From positions 1-56,292 of the IMG/VR virus record IMGVR_UViG_3300037847_000441: a DNA stretch of 56,292 nucleotides. One strand, 5' to 3'. Of the stretch, positions 52,069-56,292 are shown piece by piece. The notes beneath the pieces are model-generated. The model was not told the origin of the DNA and did not search any database. It saw only the letters and a program-made list of their open reading frames with translations. Every line of letters starts with the position of its first letter. The stretch's first letter is position 1. The translations under genes were made by a program, and so were the position numbers. This stretch comes from a virus (taxonomy: Duplodnaviria > Caudoviricetes).

Positions 52069-55000
52069 TTATTCATTTGTATGATACATTATAGAAAAAT
52101 ATAAATATCTACCTGTTCCTGCTGAGTGTTGCATTGCTACCCATACATTTGCACCTTCAAGAGTTCCATAAAATCTTAGTAATGTTGCTGATGCTATAAA
52201 TGGAGTAATATTTGCTGTGGTAGAATTAACATTAAAGGTTAGTTGAGACATAACATTACCTGTTGGAATAGTAAGATTTGGATCAAAAGGCATCCCGGTA
52301 ATTTGAACATGTCCAGCCGCACCTGTTGTGTTTACATTAGTAAAAAGCGCATGACAAAAGACAACATTACCAATTTTAGTATAAGCACCAGTTTGAGTTA
52401 CAGAAGTGCTTGGACCTGATGTTGAACCATCAAGTGTTGCAGTCCATGAGCCTTGTTCGTAGTCATCAAGGGCGTTGTTTGTAGAGGTATCACCATTAAA
52501 TGTTATACCACCTCCAGAAAGAAAACGTGCTTTTTCACCACCATTAACATTAAATCTCATGCTATCGCCGTTATGAGCGTAAACAATTTCACCAACAGTA
52601 TCTGAATCTGGATCACCAAAAGCAATCGTACTATTATAGTTAGTGGCAGCTTTTATAAGTTGTTGAGCATTACCTGTTGATTGAAGTTTAAGCTGATATC
52701 CAGCTACGCTTGAGTCGAGACTTGATCCCATATTTACTCTACCAGATGTATCAATACGCATACGCTCTGTGTTTCCAGTTAGAAGTCCAAGAGGTGTTGC
52801 ACTACCTGTACCATTAACTGTACCAACCCGACCAAGGCTACCTGTATTATCAATTAATGTTCTTGATGGCCCAGCACTAAAGTCTGATGATGCTCCTTTT
52901 GAGCCTATTGCTCCATTAACATTTAACGACTCAGTTCCATCAGTAGCATTAATTTGAATCTTTCCACTTACTGATACATCACCTTCAAACTCTGCTTTGC
53001 CTGTAGCTAAGAAAGTACCACCTACAGATGTATTACCAGCTATATTAACTGCACCACTTACTGATACAGCATCTTCAAAAGTTGCTGCACCTGCTACAGT
53101 TACAGTAGATGCTAAATGTGTTGCACCACCTACACTTAAAGTAGATGCAAGACTAACTGCACCTGCAACCGTTACTGTGCTACCAAAATTAGTAGCACCT
53201 CCTACACTTAATGTAGAGGCAAGTGAAACTGCACCTGCTACTGTAACAGTGCCATTAAGTTGAGAAGCACCACCTACAATTAATGCCCCACTAACAGATA
53301 CATCATCTTCAAATTCAGCTTTACCAGTATTAATTAATGTACCACCTATAGAAACATTACCAACTAAATTAGAGTTACCACTTACAGATATATCACTGTC
53401 AAACTCTACCTTATCTCCAAATGTTTTATTAACAAGAGTATTAGTTGTAGATGTCCCTACAAGAGTAACAGTTGTATTAGGAAGAGTAATTGTTATATTA
53501 CCAGCATAAGAAGCATGAGGTGGAGATCTTAATTCTGCATAGTGAGCATTAGCTGATTCACAATAAAATCTAATATTAGCAGGATCAGATGCACTTGTTT
53601 TAATTGTTATACGTCCACCTGATACAGATATTTCACCGCCAACTGTTAAAGCACTTACAGATATATCACCCTCTATAGATGTTGTAATACCAGATAAATT
53701 AGACCCATCACCATAATAAGCACTAGCACACACTCTAGCATTTGCTGCTTGTACATTATTACCAGCAATAGTTACAGTACTTAAAAAGTTTGCAGCACCT
53801 CCCACACTTAATGTAGAAGCTAGGCTAACTGCACCAGCAATAGTAGTAGTGCCGCCAATATTAACATTACCTGATACGGATACATCGTCTTCAAATTCAG
53901 CCTTACCTGTTGCTAAAAAAGTACCACCTATAGAAGTATTACCAGTTACATCTAAAGTTGATCCTAAACTTGTAGCTCCTGCTATTGTAACAGTGCTTGC
54001 AAAATTAGATGCACCTGCTACACTAAGAGTAGAAGCAAGTGAAACTGCTCCAGCTATTGTTACTGTACTAGCAAAATTAGATGCCCCTGCTACACTTAAA
54101 GTAGAAGCTAAACTAACTGCTCCTGCTATTGTAGTAGTTCCACCAATTCTAAGATTACCTGATACTGAAACATCATTTTTAAATGTAGAAGAACCTACTG
54201 CATTAAATGTGCCACTTACAGAAACTGCACCTCCAGCATTTATAAATCCAGAAACAGATATATTTGTTGTAACACCTAATTCTGCTTGTATATTAGTTAA
54301 ATTAGATCCATCACCATGAAATGCAGAAGCACATACTCTAGCATTAGTAGCTTGAATATTTGTACCAGCTATTGTAACTGACCCTCCTACATTTAAACCG
54401 CCTGATACAGATACGTCATCTTTAAATTTAGCAAGACCTCCTATACATGCAGAAGTAGCTACATCTAATCTACCACTTATAGAAACATCATTATTAAATG
54501 TTGCTTTAGATGTAAATGTACTTGCACCCTCTACATTAAATGTACCACTTACAGATACATTATTATTAAATATAGCTTCGCCTTCTACAGTTACTGTGCT
54601 ACCAAAATTAGCTGCCCCTGATACAGATACATCATCTTTAAATACAGCTTTACCTTCTACTGTAACTGTAGAACCAAAGTTTGCTGCACCACCTACCGTA
54701 ACAGTTGATTTTAAATGTGTAGCTCCCACTATAGTTGCAGTGCTAGATACTTGTAATGTACCACCTACTACAGCGTTGCTAACTGATATATTACCTGCTA
54801 TTACAGCAGTAACACCTGTTATATTTGAACCGTCTCCATAAAATGCAGAAGCACATACTCTGTCATCTACATGAAGATTACTATCAAGAGAAACAGAACC
54901 AGTAACTCCTAAAGCACCACTAACTTGTACAGCGTTAGTTGCTACTTTAAGTGCTGTATTAGTGCCATCTCCTGTTTGTATAGGTTTAAGAGATGTATCT

Positions 55001-55083
55001 ACACCTTCATTACTAACAGCAGAACTTACAAGTATAAGCTGTTTATAAGTATTTGAAATAAGTCTTCCTGTTAAATCTGTCAT
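52069..55083 (-). CDS. Long repetitive tail fibre
   Basis: 12/24-aa Ser/Thr/Val/Gly repeats; ERMRIDTSG, LDDYEQGSWT, YTKIGNVV; ATGA coupling gives start 55083. Confidence 0.85.
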   Translation of the reverse strand: MTDLTGRLISNTYKQLILVSSAVSNEGVDTSLKPIQTGDGTNTALKVATNAVQVSGALGVTGSVSLDSNLHVDDRVCASAFYGDGSNITGVTAVIAGNISVSNAVVGGTLQVSSTATIVGATHLKSTVTVGGAANFGSTVTVEGKAVFKDDVSVSGAANFGSTVTVEGEAIFNNNVSVSGTFNVEGASTFTSKATFNNDVSISGRLDVATSACIGGLAKFKDDVSVSGGLNVGGSVTIAGTNIQATNARVCASAFHGDGSNLTNIQAELGVTTNISVSGFINAGGAVSVSGTFNAVGSSTFKNDVSVSGNLRIGGTTTIAGAVSLASTLSVAGASNFASTVTIAGAVSLASTLSVAGASNFASTVTIAGATSLGSTLDVTGNTSIGGTFLATGKAEFEDDVSVSGNVNIGGTTTIAGAVSLASTLSVGGAANFLSTVTIAGNNVQAANARVCASAYYGDGSNLSGITTSIEGDISVSALTVGGEISVSGGRITIKTSASDPANIRFYCESANAHYAELRSPPHASYAGNITITLPNTTVTLVGTSTTNTLVNKTFGDKVEFDSDISVSGNSNLVGNVSIGGTLINTGKAEFEDDVSVSGALIVGGASQLNGTVTVAGAVSLASTLSVGGATNFGSTVTVAGAVSLASTLSVGGATHLASTVTVAGAATFEDAVSVSGAVNIAGNTSVGGTFLATGKAEFEGDVSVSGKIQINATDGTESLNVNGAIGSKGASSDFSAGPSRTLIDNTGSLGRVGTVNGTGSATPLGLLTGNTERMRIDTSGRVNMGSSLDSSVAGYQLKLQSTGNAQQLIKAATNYNSTIAFGDPDSDTVGEIVYAHNGDSMRFNVNGGEKARFLSGGGITFNGDTSTNNALDDYEQGSWTATLDGSTSGPSTSVTQTGAYTKIGNVVFCHALFTNVNTTGAAGHVQITGMPFDPNLTIPTGNVMSQLTFNVNSTTANITPFIASATLLRFYGTLEGANVWVAMQHSAGTGRYLYFSIMYHTNE
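52960..54860 (-). repeat. Coding repeats in the tail fibre (GAVSLASTLSVxGAxNFxSTVT, AEFEDDVSVSG, VCASAxxGDGSN)
   Basis: Visible in the translation. Confidence 0.85.
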
Positions 55084-55355
55084 ATTAGCTGCCAAAATTT
55101 TTCTGTTGAATCATATGTGCTTGTTGCTTGATCCCATGTTAAATTTCTGCCTGTATCATCTGGTCTTGGATTTAGTATTGCAGGATTGTCTCTAACATCG
55201 GGTACTTTATTTTGTGGATGATTTTTTAAATCGTATTGTCCTTCATAGTCTTCTGGACATACTAACATACCATAGCTATTTAATCTCATTACACGATGTG
55301 GATAAACAAACCCACAAATGTCACACATAGCTAAAGCATTTTTAGTACTTGCCAT
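55080..55355 (-). CDS. Conserved small Cys-containing neck protein
   Basis: CDICGF...VCPE...HPQ...NPRPD. Confidence 0.7.
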   Translation of the reverse strand: MASTKNALAMCDICGFVYPHRVMRLNSYGMLVCPEDYEGQYDLKNHPQNKVPDVRDNPAILNPRPDDTGRNLTWDQATSTYDSTEKFWQLI

Positions 55356-56029
55356 TAAATATATCCTAACCTTGGAACCACATGCATAGAGGCTCTTTGT
55401 CTATCTTCCTGCATAGCTCTTGCAAGAAGTTCTTCATAATTAATTTTTAAAAATTGTATTCTATCTGCTGGAACACCGGGACGTTTCATTGACATATAAT
55501 AAGAAAGCCCCATTGTTAAACATGGTAAAAATCTTTTAGGCACATCAGCATTTTGTACTGCTGATTTATTTACATCTTGTAATTCTTTTACTAATTCTAA
55601 TTTAAGAACATCAGTTGAATTATCTGGTAAAGGCCACACACGTAAAACAGGATTATCTCTTTCTCTACGAATAGAGTATTGATTAGGTCTACCTGTTTGT
55701 GTTTTATTTGGTATAAGTAAATATTCTTCTGAGCTAATTCTTTCTAGTTGTAAATCTGTATCGTCTCTATTAATAACAACTTCAAGGGCATCTACAGTAG
55801 AACTATCTAATGAATATGTAGCAGTGCTTGCTGTTACAGTTAAAGAAGAAACAGATGTACTCCAAAGCATCACACCACGATTCTGCCAATCTTTCAGCAT
55901 AAGATTAATAGAGCGTCTAGCAGATGCTGGTTCATGACCAAGTGTGCTTTCACCACCAATCATCTCTGTAGCTTCTTGAATAACTTCATCTATATCTAGA
56001 TTAAAGTTATATGTTCCTGAAACTGCCAT
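55355..56029 (-). CDS. Head-tail adaptor / tail tubular protein
   Basis: SARRSINLML.DWQNRG, IPNK..TGRP, WPLPD, LPCL..GLSY. Confidence 0.7.
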   Translation of the reverse strand: MAVSGTYNFNLDIDEVIQEATEMIGGESTLGHEPASARRSINLMLKDWQNRGVMLWSTSVSSLTVTASTATYSLDSSTVDALEVVINRDDTDLQLERISSEEYLLIPNKTQTGRPNQYSIRRERDNPVLRVWPLPDNSTDVLKLELVKELQDVNKSAVQNADVPKRFLPCLTMGLSYYMSMKRPGVPADRIQFLKINYEELLARAMQEDRQRASMHVVPRLGYI

Positions 56030-56292
56030 TACTTCTTAGTCCTTCTTCTTACGGCTTTCTTTCGCTTCTTGAAAGTCCTGACCATCGTAGGCTTGCCTCC
56101 TACTCCTTGTGCCTTTGCTCTCTTCCTTGCAACAGCACTCTTGATCTGACCTTTGGTCATGCGCTTCGCAGTAGCTCTTGGTACGCATTTTGGATATTTC
56201 CTCTTGCTAGTTTTAGTAGACTTACGACCACAGGCTTGGAACTTGCCCTTTTTCTTTGGAGCACCAATATCAACCCAATCACCCTTTGGGCC
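56029..56292 (-). CDS. 3' part of the junction-spanning 96-aa basic protein (...KYPKCVPRATAKRMTKGQIKSAVARKR...)
   Basis: Open frame ending in TAA that overlaps the adaptor ATG (TAATG). Confidence 0.85.
   Translation of the reverse strand, partial: GPKGDWVDIGAPKKKGKFQACGRKSTKTSKRKYPKCVPRATAKRMTKGQIKSAVARKRAKAQGVGGKPTMVRTFKKRKKAVRRRTKK
56229..56292. repeat. Right copy of 64-bp terminal direct repeat
   Basis: 62/64 identity to 1-64. Confidence 0.95.

Noticed and set aside
52769-54841. Plus-strand ORFs within the tail fibre; DGR template/variable repeats
   Set aside because: Antisense shadows; no reverse transcriptase and no adenine-specific mismatch pattern noticed
1-56292. tRNA genes, integrase/att site, phage RNA polymerase, stop-codon recoding
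   Set aside because: None recognisable by eye; genes tile densely under the standard code using TAA, TAG and TGA stops. A tRNAscan/Infernal run would be needed to exclude small RNAs

Overview
The window looks like an essentially complete, circularly assembled genome (about 56,228 bp plus a 64-bp end overlap) of an AT-rich lytic tailed phage, probably podovirus-like. The host is very probably an alphaproteobacterium, judged from GTTC-N7-GTTC LexA boxes and a GcrA-like gene. Two arms diverge from a ~750-bp non-coding control region (15866-16620) and converge near 40450. The + arm carries small early genes, a T7-like replication set without RNA polymerase (primase/helicase, family A polymerase, SSB, nucleases), class Ia RNR split by an HNH gene, Hsp20, a glycosyltransferase/methyltransferase/SET/cupin cluster, a holin and terS. 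The - arm carries terL, portal, GroES, scaffold, capsid, many very basic mini-proteins, adaptors, tail fibres, internal virion proteins and an M15 endolysin. I saw no integrase, tRNA, CRISPR array or reverse transcriptase. Five things stand out. (1) The control region is packed with operator-like motifs, including five perfect alphaproteobacterial LexA boxes and a palindromic operator repeated before the first three early genes. (2) A short xxGGx[VI] peptide motif recurs across unrelated late proteins and may be a cargo tag. (3) A minimal SET methyltransferase sits in the same genome as histone-tail-like basic repeat proteins. (4) There is a multi-enzyme glycosylation/methylation cluster. (5) A thermometer-like hairpin covers the hsp20 ribosome-binding site. 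All family assignments come from motif recognition by eye, not from database searches.
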